A DNA stretch of 62,457 bases from an uncultured Bacilli bacterium. GTDB lineage: Bacteria; Bacillota_I; Bacilli_A; RF39; UBA660. The stretch covers positions 1 through 62,457 of the forward strand of contig CANRPK010000005.1 in assembly GCA_947632455.1 (NCBI GenBank), written 5' to 3'. Each line of letters starts with the position of its first letter. The stretch's first letter is position 1. Under the pieces are notes generated by a model. It ran no database searches. It saw only the letters and a list, made by a program, of their open reading frames with translations, and was not told where the DNA came from. Position numbers and translations under genes: made by a program. This document shows positions 28,213 through 37,518 of this stretch, one piece after another.

Positions 28213-28238
28213 TAAAAAAACACTTTTGGATAAGTGTT
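28213..28238 (-). terminator. terminator of the GDPD gene
   Basis: Stem aacactt/aagtgtt with T7 on the minus strand. Overlaps the stop codon. Confidence 0.55.
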
Positions 28239-30060
28239 ATTTCAAAAGATTATTAATAAATTTAACATACTCTTGAATTATATTACTTGTTTTACTAGAG
28301 TATATAGTATCTTTAGCTAAGCTAATATTATCAGTAATAATATTATCGACATTTAACTCAATCATATCATTGATACTACTTTCAGTATTAACAGTCCAAG
28401 CATATAATTCTTTACCAGCATTATGAACTTTATTTACTAATGTTTTAGTTACACTAGAAGCTTCGATACTAAAATTATCCGCGGCTTTTAGGCTGGTGAT
28501 ATCTCCATAAGCTAGTGACATAACATAAACAGTTTTTAGATTTGGATCATAAGCTTTAACATTTTCTAGGACTTCATATACTTGAGAAGTGATAACACAA
28601 TTAGATGCAAAGTCATATTTATTGATTAATTCGCCAACAGATGCTTCAAAGTTCTTTTCATGGCCAGTAGGTTTTAATTCAATATTTAGTTTAATATTAT
28701 TCTTTTTAGCAAAATCTAAAACTTCTTCTAATAAAGGAATTTTTTCGCCTTTAAATTCTGAACTAAAGAAACTACCGGCGTCTAATTTTTCTACTTCTTC
28801 ATAGGTTGTTTGCCAAGAATTTTTATTTACTCCCGTGGTTCTTTTGAAATTAGTATCATGAAGAACAATTAATTTTTCATCTTTAGTTTGTTGAACATCA
28901 AGCTCAATCCAATCGGCATTTAATTGTTTAGCTCCAACAAAGGCAGCCATAGTATTTTCAGGATAAAGTTTAGATGCGCCACGATGCGCGGTGACTTCCA
29001 TAGTTCGTAAATATTCAATATTAAAATTATATTTACCATTTAAAAGAGAATAAGTGAATAACAAAGAACTAACTAATATTAAGAAACATACACTATATTT
29101 TAAAATATTAAATTTTTTAGTAGCTTGTTTTATTTCTTTAGCATTAATTTTAAGATGTTTTATCTCTTCATTATTTTTTTGTTTATGTTGATAATATAAA
29201 ACACTTATAATCGCGTAACATATAGGTGTAGTAAGCAAGGTTAATACAACAAATGATAAAGCAATTAAAAGCCAAATAATAGTAATAGATAAATTACTGA
29301 AAAGATTAGTTTTACTAAATACTTTAGTTAAGATAAGAATTAAAACTATACCTAAGAAAATGAATAAAAAGTATATAGCAGATATTATTAATTCTGTAAT
29401 AACAATACTTAGAAAATCTTTAAATTTATTTTTTTTACTTAAATTAGTACTCTTTTTACGGGCTTCTTTAAAATCACAATCTTCTAAGACATAATAATGT
29501 ATAGCATATAACCATTTAAATAATAAATAACATAATAATATAACTAAGATTATATAGATAGCTAATAAAAAATTATTATTCATAATAAAATCTAAGATAA
29601 ATTCTGGGATAGAAATAGTAGAAATAAAACTTGATGATATACCTAAATGTAAGAATGGTATTAAGAACATAATGAGAAATGATAATAAAATATTTTGGGG
29701 TTTAAATACTTGAATAGATTTTTTTAATGATAAAATAAAGGCTTCTTTAATAGTTATTTTCTTTTGAGCATATGAACTATCTAAAATAATTATAATAGTA
29801 CTAATATCTATGATGGTATAAAATGTCATAATTAATATTAAGAATAATAAAAAGATTAAAGTTAAAGGGTTAAGTAAAAAGTTAAAGATATTTTCAAAAG
29901 TTAAATAAGTATAACCACTTACTTTAGTAATTAATTTAAATATACTTAAAAATAAGGGAATAAAAATTATAGATGTGGATAGTTTATATATGATTTCAAA
30001 GCCAATTAAGGGTTTTAAATTAAATTTTAATATGTTTTTTACTTTAGATATTTTTTTCAT
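28237..30060 (-). CDS. membrane-domain glycerophosphodiester phosphodiesterase (GDPD)
   Basis: ~340-aa polytopic N-terminus plus VTAHRGAS..ENTMAAF..ELDVQQTKDEKLIVLHD. Confidence 0.85.
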   Translation of the reverse strand: MKKISKVKNILKFNLKPLIGFEIIYKLSTSIIFIPLFLSIFKLITKVSGYTYLTFENIFNFLLNPLTLIFLLFLILIMTFYTIIDISTIIIILDSSYAQKKITIKEAFILSLKKSIQVFKPQNILLSFLIMFLIPFLHLGISSSFISTISIPEFILDFIMNNNFLLAIYIILVILLCYLLFKWLYAIHYYVLEDCDFKEARKKSTNLSKKNKFKDFLSIVITELIISAIYFLFIFLGIVLILILTKVFSKTNLFSNLSITIIWLLIALSFVVLTLLTTPICYAIISVLYYQHKQKNNEEIKHLKINAKEIKQATKKFNILKYSVCFLILVSSLLFTYSLLNGKYNFNIEYLRTMEVTAHRGASKLYPENTMAAFVGAKQLNADWIELDVQQTKDEKLIVLHDTNFKRTTGVNKNSWQTTYEEVEKLDAGSFFSSEFKGEKIPLLEEVLDFAKKNNIKLNIELKPTGHEKNFEASVGELINKYDFASNCVITSQVYEVLENVKAYDPNLKTVYVMSLAYGDITSLKAADNFSIEASSVTKTLVNKVHNAGKELYAWTVNTESSINDMIELNVDNIITDNISLAKDTIYSSKTSNIIQEYVKFINNLLK

Positions 30061-30145
30061 GATAACGCTTCTTTCTTATTAATACTATTATCTTTTATTT
30101 TAGAATATATTTCAAGATTATTTTGCTAATTTAAAAAAAATAAGG

Positions 30146-31057
30146 TTAAGCCTTATTTTCGATACTACATATTCCTTTATTTTCTTGATAATAATTTTTT
30201 ATTTTATTAATTAATTCATGAGCATCCTCACTAATTAGTGAAATATCTTTAAATTCCATATTATCAGAATAATATTTATAACCTAAATGTTTTAAAATAG
30301 CATTATCACCTGTACTAGATAAAAGTTGACCATTATAATTATAGTAAGTAAAAGTATATAATTTTTCTTCATTATTTTGAGTACATTTCATATTAGTAGT
30401 TATTTTATCGTTTTTAAAGATAAGGGTAGATTTTTTAATATATTTATCTAAATCTTCACTTAAAGCTCCTTTTATTTCTTGTAAGTTTTCTTTAGTATAA
30501 TAAACGCGCATTTCATTATTTAAATCAATAGATTGATAATCAAGATCAGGGGCATTACTAACATGATAATCTTTTTTAGTTGAAAAATATTCTTGTAAGG
30601 TATATTTCCAAGTAACAAAAACTAATGTTACGGGTTTACCATTTTCCATGATTATACGATAAGTCGCATATCCATATCCTTCTAGGGGTGAATAAAATTG
30701 GAAGTTCCATTTTTTATTTTCGCCTCTTATAGCTATATCTATGTTTTCGTTGTAGTCTTGAGTAAATTTAACATTACCGATAAAATATAAGGTTGGGACT
30801 ATTATTAAAATTAATAATAATGTGATTATTAAACTATTTTTTATAATTTTAAAATTTATTTTATGTAAAAATTTTTTAAAACTATTTACTTCATCAATTT
30901 TATTTTTTTTTAAATTAAAGGTTAGCCCTTCTAAATACTTAGTACAATTTGAACATTCTTTTAAATGGTCTTCAACAAATGTTTTAGTTTCATTTGATAC
31001 TATATTATCAAGATATAATGGTAATAAATCCTCAATTATTTTACAATTCTTTTTCAT
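30146..31057 (-). CDS. anti-sigma factor (zf-HC2) with a ~210-aa extracytoplasmic domain
   Basis: CKIIEDLLPLYLDN...HLKECSNCTKY zinc-finger motif and a single TM helix. Overlaps the sigma gene by 17 nt. Confidence 0.75.
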   Translation of the reverse strand: MKKNCKIIEDLLPLYLDNIVSNETKTFVEDHLKECSNCTKYLEGLTFNLKKNKIDEVNSFKKFLHKINFKIIKNSLIITLLLILIIVPTLYFIGNVKFTQDYNENIDIAIRGENKKWNFQFYSPLEGYGYATYRIIMENGKPVTLVFVTWKYTLQEYFSTKKDYHVSNAPDLDYQSIDLNNEMRVYYTKENLQEIKGALSEDLDKYIKKSTLIFKNDKITTNMKCTQNNEEKLYTFTYYNYNGQLLSSTGDNAILKHLGYKYYSDNMEFKDISLISEDAHELINKIKNYYQENKGICSIENKA

Positions 31058-31529
31058 CTAATTTCTCCTTTATTTTTAATTTTGAACGATAATATGTGAC
31101 ACGAGCCCAACTTTCTGTTTTTATAAAAATATTTCCAATTTGTTTAAAAGATAAATCGCCATAAAATCTTAAAGTAAATACTTCTTTATAAGGTTCTTCT
31201 AAATTATGAATAATCCGTAATAATTCATTATTAGTTTCACTAGCTATAATATCATTGATTATTTCTTTTTCATTAGTTTTTAAATCAAGATTTAATGGTT
31301 CTAATTTTTTATCTTTTTGATAGATAGTATAATAAGTATTTTTCGCTATAGTACAAAGCCAAGAAAACATAGGATAATTGGGATTATACTTATTAATATT
31401 TTTTAAGGCTTTATAAAATGTTTCTTCAGTTAATTCTTCAGCTAAAGAACTATTTTTAGTAAGGCTTAACAAATAACGATAAACACTAGGAAAATACTTT
31501 TTATATACATCTTCAAATTTAGGCTCCAT
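31041..31529 (-). CDS. ECF-type RNA polymerase sigma-70 factor
   Basis: Region 2 (YFPSVYRYLLSLT..AEELTEETFYKAL) and region 4 (LEEPYKEVFTLRFYGDLSFKQIG). Start moved to the ATG at 31529 (GAGGT RBS). Confidence 0.85.
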   Translation of the reverse strand: MEPKFEDVYKKYFPSVYRYLLSLTKNSSLAEELTEETFYKALKNINKYNPNYPMFSWLCTIAKNTYYTIYQKDKKLEPLNLDLKTNEKEIINDIIASETNNELLRIIHNLEEPYKEVFTLRFYGDLSFKQIGNIFIKTESWARVTYYRSKLKIKEKLDEKEL

Positions 31530-31574
31530 ATTTATTACCTCGTTCATTAATAATACTAAGGAATATTGCTTTTG

Positions 31575-32792
31575 TTACAAATTAAAATATTTTATTTTAA
31601 AAGTTGTACCATTAGAATTAGATGAAACAGATATTGTACCATTATTTTGTTCAATAATTGTTTTAGCTAAAGCAAGCCCTATTCCTATACTATCGGGATT
31701 AGCATTCTTTGCTTGATAGAAACGTTCAAAGATATGTTTAAGATCTTCTTTGGATATTCCTTCCCCATTATCTTCAATAGTTATTTTAGTATATACTTTA
31801 TTTTGTTCATAATTAATAGTTATATTAGACTTATTAAAAGAATGTTCTAAACTATTTTTTAAAATATTAGTTAAGGCTTCAATTTGCCATTTAGCATCGC
31901 AAGTAAGATAAATTTTAGGATCCCCTTTTATTTTAATAGTAATATTTTTTAAATCACTTAAACTAGATACATTTTTGATAGTTTCATTAATTAGATCTTT
32001 AACAAGAATTGGTTTATTATTAAATTCAATAGTTTTAGCATCTAGTTTAGATAATTTTAAAAGAGTATTTACAAGAAAATTAGTATTTATTAATTGTCTT
32101 TTAATATCTCTTAAAAAATCATTACGAGTATTTAAATCCATATTTTCTTCATCAAGTAAATTATCTATCATAACTAATATACTAGTTAAAGGAGTTTTTA
32201 ATTGATGAGATATATCTTCTAAAGATTTTTTTAAATATTTTTGTTCTTTTTTAGATAATTCAGCTTGCTCTTTTAACATAATGGTTGTTTTATATATTTC
32301 ATTTTTTAAAATTGATAATTCATCTTCACTATTAGAATCTAAGTTTAAATTATAATTTCTTTTATTTATTTCTTCTAAATATTTAGTTAATTCACGAAGA
32401 TTATGACTAGTATGATTATCATAGATTAAGAAAATTGTTATAAATAAAGTTAAGATGATTATTAAAAAAATAATATTTAAAATGATAAATGATATAGTTA
32501 GATTATTATTTTCTAATACTAAAGATGTAGTATTTAAATCAATACCATATTTAGCGAATAATTTAAAATTTGGATTAGTTTTACTATTTATGATTTCCAT
32601 TAATTCAGCTTCAGTAATATTAGGAGTTGTTTCTTTAACTTTGGTAATAATAGTTGCTAATTTATAATTATAGTTTTTAACTAAAGTATGATATTCTAAG
32701 ATATTTAGCCAAAGAAAAAGTAAAATAGCAATTAAAGATATAATTAAGGTAGTTATTAAATATTTTTTTAATTTAGTTTTATTATGCATCAA
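31575..32792 (-). CDS. sensor histidine kinase (2 TM helices, HisKA, HATPase_c)
   Basis: ISHQLKTPLTSI H-box, NSLEH N-box, GIGLALAKTIIEQNNG. Confidence 0.88.
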   Translation of the reverse strand: MMHNKTKLKKYLITTLIISLIAILLFLWLNILEYHTLVKNYNYKLATIITKVKETTPNITEAELMEIINSKTNPNFKLFAKYGIDLNTTSLVLENNNLTISFIILNIIFLIIILTLFITIFLIYDNHTSHNLRELTKYLEEINKRNYNLNLDSNSEDELSILKNEIYKTTIMLKEQAELSKKEQKYLKKSLEDISHQLKTPLTSILVMIDNLLDEENMDLNTRNDFLRDIKRQLINTNFLVNTLLKLSKLDAKTIEFNNKPILVKDLINETIKNVSSLSDLKNITIKIKGDPKIYLTCDAKWQIEALTNILKNSLEHSFNKSNITINYEQNKVYTKITIEDNGEGISKEDLKHIFERFYQAKNANPDSIGIGLALAKTIIEQNNGTISVSSNSNGTTFKIKYFNL

Positions 32793-33435
32793 TTCTATAT
32801 CCCATTCCTTTAATTGTAGTAATTATATCTGTACCGAGTTTGGATCTAATTCTTTTAAAATAAACAGTTATAGTATGATCATCAACATAATTACCTGTCC
32901 ATTCCCAAATTTTATCTAAAATGGTATTACGGGTTACTACTTTATTTAAATTTAAAAATAAAAGATTTATAAGTTTTAATTCTAGAGGTGTTAATTCTAA
33001 GGGAATATTATTTTTAGTTAAGACTAATTTATCTAAATCAAAAGTAATATCTTTAATTTTTATAATACTAGTTTTAATATTACGTAATAATATTTTATTA
33101 ACACGAGCTTCTAATTCTTTAACACTAAAAGGTTTAGTAAGATAATCTTCTGCACCAGCATTTAGAGCTTTTACTATACTTTCTTCTTCATCATTAGCAG
33201 TTAAAAATATAGTGGGAATATTTAAATATTTAATAGTATTTTGAAATAAATCAAAACCATCTCCATCAGGTAATGTAATATCTATAATTATTAAATCAAT
33301 ATTTGGTTTAGTAGCTATATATTTTTTAGTATCTTTAATACTGGTTTTGGAAGTAATATGATAATTATTTTTAGTAAAAGAATAAGTTAAGCCTTTAATA
33401 ATTGAACTATTATCTTCAATTAGAAGTATATTCAT
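32782..33435 (-). CDS. OmpR-family response regulator
   Basis: ILLIEDN..DLIIIDITLPDGDG..TKP receiver plus a winged-helix C-terminus (GMGYRI). Confidence 0.9.
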   Translation of the reverse strand: MNILLIEDNSSIIKGLTYSFTKNNYHITSKTSIKDTKKYIATKPNIDLIIIDITLPDGDGFDLFQNTIKYLNIPTIFLTANDEEESIVKALNAGAEDYLTKPFSVKELEARVNKILLRNIKTSIIKIKDITFDLDKLVLTKNNIPLELTPLELKLINLLFLNLNKVVTRNTILDKIWEWTGNYVDDHTITVYFKRIRSKLGTDIITTIKGMGYRIDA

Positions 33436-33496
33436 AAGTAATTCCTTTCTAATTTATTATAGCATAATAAGAGAGCTTTTGGTAAATAAAGCTCTT

Positions 33497-36133
33497 TTAG
33501 ATATTTTCATTACGAATTGTTTCTAAAGTATTTTGTTTATTAATTTTAGTTAAAGAGTATTTCATAATTAAGGAAATAAGTATAAAGACCGCGCCAATAG
33601 CAATAACTATACCAAGAAGTGGTAATTTATATGGTAATCCTGAAGGTTTAGTTAAGAAGTGATAAATTAAATAAGATAAACCAAGACCAATAGGTAGACC
33701 GAACATTAAAGCTTTTAAGCCCATAAAGAAGGTTTCAAGTCTTATCATTCGATTAAATTCCGGAGTTGTCATACCTACAGATTTTAACATAGCAAATTCT
33801 TGACGTCTTAATTCCATATTAGTTGTAATAGTATTAAAGATATTTGTAATACCAATTAGGGAAATAACAATAATAAAGCCATATAAGAATATACCTATTA
33901 ATGTATATAAATTATTCATAATTTTAACATTTTCTTCCATATTATTTAAATTATAATTTTCTCCTTTTAATAATTCATCAATATCATCTTGTAATTTGGT
34001 CGCATTATTAGATTTATAAAATATTGTTAAAATATTATGTTCACTATTAGATATTTGATTAAATAATTCTTCACTTACAACTAAATAAGTAGTTTGATAA
34101 TTTTTTAGACCAAAAGGTTTTTTATCAGTAATATAGCCAATTTCAATTTGAAAATCTTTTTCGGTATCTAAAGTACCTTTTAGGATATCTCCTGGTTTAA
34201 AATCGGTATATCTTAAAGTTTTATAAACCATTTTGGATTTTTTATTTTGAGTATTATCAGATTTTTGATAACCAACTTTCATATAATCCATCATAATTCC
34301 TTTATCTTTAAATTCTTCATAATTTAAACCTAAATCTTTTAAATATTTTTTATATTGCGTATCTCCTAAAGCATAAATACTAATATATTCAGAAATATTT
34401 TTTTCTTCATCTATGTTTAAATTTAAAAATTCAATATATTCGGGATTTAGTTTTCTATTTTTATAATTAAAACCAACCTCTCTTAATGTGGTATAGTTTT
34501 CAATATTATCTAATTTAGTGGTAGCAAGATATTTATTATAACTTTCTTCTTTATTTAAATTAGTAGTATATAAAGAGATATTATATTCGGCTATTTTTAA
34601 TTCATTATCAACGGCTTCAAAAGCCATATCCATAAAACTGGATAAAGCAATAAAAACAAAAACGGATACAACAAGAGAAATTACAGTGGTGCGATACTTT
34701 TTCTTATTTCTTTTTAAATTTTTATAAGATATTTCTCCGCCCATGCCAAAGATTTTTTTAATAAATTTTGGGGATTTAATTTTCTTGGGATTTATTTTAA
34801 TATTAGCACTATTTCTAATTGATGTTATAGGAGATATTTTAGAAGTTCTTTTGGCACTTCTTAAGGCTGATAAATAAATAGTTACTATTCCTAAGATAAT
34901 TGCTACAATAATGGCGATGATTGAAAAAGCAAATTCTAGACTTAAGCCGATAGCTATACTATCTCTTAGAAAATAATTACTAACAATAATTAAGATATAA
35001 GCGGCAATTAAACCTGATGCTATACCCAAAGGTATACCAATAAGTCCTAAAATTGTAGCTTCATAAAAAACATTTTTCTTAATTTGTTTTTTGGTTGCGC
35101 CTATACTTTTTAATATACCATATTGTTTTATTTTTTCAGTTATTGATATATCAAAACTATTTTTGATACAGAAAACAGAAGTAAAAATAATTATACCCAT
35201 GACTATTAAAACAACAATTCCTAATTCTCCAGTTGTATTCATGTTTAGAGGGTTTGTTTCTAAATTGATTAAATAGCTATTTATATCAATTTCATATTTT
35301 TTCTTAGGTAATTCTTCTTTACGATATTTCTTTATTTCTTCGATAGTGCCTGTACCTTTATAATTTTTTTCAAATAAATCGGCATTAACTCCTAAAATAC
35401 CTGCGGTAAATTTATAAGCATTTTTAGCACCATCTTTAGTATATCGAGCATAAATATCAACTTTATTGGTTAAATTATTTTCATTAAGATAAGTTATAAA
35501 AGTATAACCTGGAGCTGAATAACTTTCAATATTAGTAGCTGGGCGTTCAATAATTCCCACTATTTTATAAGTTTTAGAAGTTGAATTTATTATATCTTCA
35601 CCAGTATCTTGATAAGGACTACCTTGATCTAATTCTATATTATCAGTTAAACTAATTCTTTTGCCTACATTAAGAGTAATACTATCACCAATATTAAGGG
35701 TTAATCTACCATTAGTTTTTAAATGAGTAGGAATAACTATTTCATTTGGATTACTAGGTAATCTTCCTTCGATAAGTCTAATAGATAAATTTTCTAAAGA
35801 ACTTTTAGTAAAAGCTTTTAAATAGGCATAAGGTTTAGCTTCATTTTGAGAATTAATTTTAGCATAACCTATATTTTGAGTTATATTTAAGTTCTCTATT
35901 CCCCGATTATTTTGAAAAACATTTAATTCATTAGTAGGGACATCATAAAAAGCCACATGAAAATTGCCTTTTTCATATATTTCAAAATTAATTAAAGATT
36001 TAATACCACTAGCATAAATAGAGGCAACCGCGGTAATTAAAGCAACAGAAAGCATTATACCAATTATGGTAACAATGGTTCTTTTTTTATTTAATTTTAA
36101 GTTTTTGATGGTTAATTTATTTAGTAAGTTCAT
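33497..36133 (-). CDS. ABC transporter permease with two FtsX/MacB-like halves
   Basis: 878 aa. Duplicated unit of one TM helix, a large extracytoplasmic loop and three TM helices, with KSIGATKKQI and LKSVGMT motifs. Confidence 0.85.
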   Translation of the reverse strand: MNLLNKLTIKNLKLNKKRTIVTIIGIMLSVALITAVASIYASGIKSLINFEIYEKGNFHVAFYDVPTNELNVFQNNRGIENLNITQNIGYAKINSQNEAKPYAYLKAFTKSSLENLSIRLIEGRLPSNPNEIVIPTHLKTNGRLTLNIGDSITLNVGKRISLTDNIELDQGSPYQDTGEDIINSTSKTYKIVGIIERPATNIESYSAPGYTFITYLNENNLTNKVDIYARYTKDGAKNAYKFTAGILGVNADLFEKNYKGTGTIEEIKKYRKEELPKKKYEIDINSYLINLETNPLNMNTTGELGIVVLIVMGIIIFTSVFCIKNSFDISITEKIKQYGILKSIGATKKQIKKNVFYEATILGLIGIPLGIASGLIAAYILIIVSNYFLRDSIAIGLSLEFAFSIIAIIVAIILGIVTIYLSALRSAKRTSKISPITSIRNSANIKINPKKIKSPKFIKKIFGMGGEISYKNLKRNKKKYRTTVISLVVSVFVFIALSSFMDMAFEAVDNELKIAEYNISLYTTNLNKEESYNKYLATTKLDNIENYTTLREVGFNYKNRKLNPEYIEFLNLNIDEEKNISEYISIYALGDTQYKKYLKDLGLNYEEFKDKGIMMDYMKVGYQKSDNTQNKKSKMVYKTLRYTDFKPGDILKGTLDTEKDFQIEIGYITDKKPFGLKNYQTTYLVVSEELFNQISNSEHNILTIFYKSNNATKLQDDIDELLKGENYNLNNMEENVKIMNNLYTLIGIFLYGFIIVISLIGITNIFNTITTNMELRRQEFAMLKSVGMTTPEFNRMIRLETFFMGLKALMFGLPIGLGLSYLIYHFLTKPSGLPYKLPLLGIVIAIGAVFILISLIMKYSLTKINKQNTLETIRNENI

Positions 36134-36134
36134 G

Positions 36135-36806
36135 TTAACTCTCCTTAATTATTTTGCCATCTTCAAGCATTATTATGCGATCCGCCTCTTTAGCTATTTC
36201 TAAATTATGGGTTATCATAATAATGGTTTGTTTTAATTCCTTATTAGATTTCTTTAATAATGCCACTATTTCATCACTTGATTTACTATCTAGATTTCCG
36301 GTTGGTTCATCGGCTAAAATAATGGTAGGATTAGTAATTAGAGCACGACCAATACTAGTTCTTTGTTGTTGACCACCAGATAATTCATGAGGTAAATGCG
36401 TGCGACGATTAGTTAAGCCTAATAAATCTAACATATTATTTAAATCTGCTTTATTAATTTTACGATTATCTAAGGCTAAAGGTAGAGTTATATTTTCTTC
36501 AACATTTAATATAGGTATTAAATTATAAAATTGATAGATTAAACCTATTTGACGACGTCTAAATATAGCTAATTTATCATCATCAAAATTAAATATATCT
36601 TGATTATCAATATATACTTTGCCACTTGTTGGGCGATCTACTCCCCCGATTAAATGGAGAAGTGTTGATTTCCCGGATCCAGAAGCTCCGACTATGGCAA
36701 CAAATTCCCCTTTTTCCACACTAAAAGACACATTATCTAGGGCGACTACTTTAGTAGAGTTTTTACCATATATTTTAGTTAAGTTCTCAACTTTTAATAT
36801 TTCCAT
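36135..36806 (-). CDS. ABC transporter ATP-binding protein (MacB/BceA-like)
   Basis: GASGSGKSTLLH, LSGGQQQR, ILADEPTGNLD. Confidence 0.92.
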   Translation of the reverse strand: MEILKVENLTKIYGKNSTKVVALDNVSFSVEKGEFVAIVGASGSGKSTLLHLIGGVDRPTSGKVYIDNQDIFNFDDDKLAIFRRRQIGLIYQFYNLIPILNVEENITLPLALDNRKINKADLNNMLDLLGLTNRRTHLPHELSGGQQQRTSIGRALITNPTIILADEPTGNLDSKSSDEIVALLKKSNKELKQTIIMITHNLEIAKEADRIIMLEDGKIIKES

Positions 36807-36929
36807 ATAAAATTTCCTCCTTATGTATTTTATTATACTATATTTAAAGTTACTTCTAAGTTACAATTTTAAAAAATAATTCTAAATATTATATTTATGT
36901 TATAATTATGGTAGAAAGGAATAAAATTT

Positions 36930-37493
36930 ATGAAAAAAAATATAAAAACAACTGAGGCAATCTTTCCTATGCCTGTTTTAATGATTGCCACATACAATGA
37001 TGATGGAAGTGTTAATGTAATGAACGCTGCATGGGGAACAATGCTTGAGAGAAATCAAGTATTATTAAATTTAAGTGATACTCATAAGACTGTTCAAAAT
37101 ATTAAAAAAAGAAAAGCTTTTACAGTAAGTATTGCCAATGCTAAGCATGTTAAGGAAGCAGATTATTTTGGAGTAGTATCAGGAAACAAAGAAATTGATA
37201 AATTTGCAAAAAGTGGGCTTAGTGCAGTTAAATCAACGATGGTAGATGCACCTATAATTAATGAATTTCCTATTTGTATGGAATGCAAATTTTTAGATTT
37301 TCAAAATGATAAGTACAGCTACGGAGTAATTGGTGAAGTAGTTAATGTAAGTGCTGATGAAGATATTATGAGTGATGATCATGTTGATATTACTAAATTA
37401 GAAGCTATTGCCTTTGATCCTTATACTCATGGTTATTATAAAGTAACGCAAAGAGTTGGTGATGCTTTTAAAGATGGATTTGATTTAAAATAA
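36930..37493 (+). CDS. flavin reductase-like FMN-binding (flavoredoxin) family protein
   Basis: FPMPVLMIATYNDDGSVNVMNAAWG, typical of the split-barrel flavin reductase family. Confidence 0.8.
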   Translation: MKKNIKTTEAIFPMPVLMIATYNDDGSVNVMNAAWGTMLERNQVLLNLSDTHKTVQNIKKRKAFTVSIANAKHVKEADYFGVVSGNKEIDKFAKSGLSAVKSTMVDAPIINEFPICMECKFLDFQNDKYSYGVIGEVVNVSADEDIMSDDHVDITKLEAIAFDPYTHGYYKVTQRVGDAFKDGFDLK

Positions 37494-37495
37494 AG

Positions 37496-37518
37496 AAAAC
37501 CACATAAATTGTGGTTTT
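37496..37518. terminator. bidirectional terminator between convergent genes
   Basis: 9-bp stem aaaaccaca/tgtggtttt with a 5-nt loop. Confidence 0.6.
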
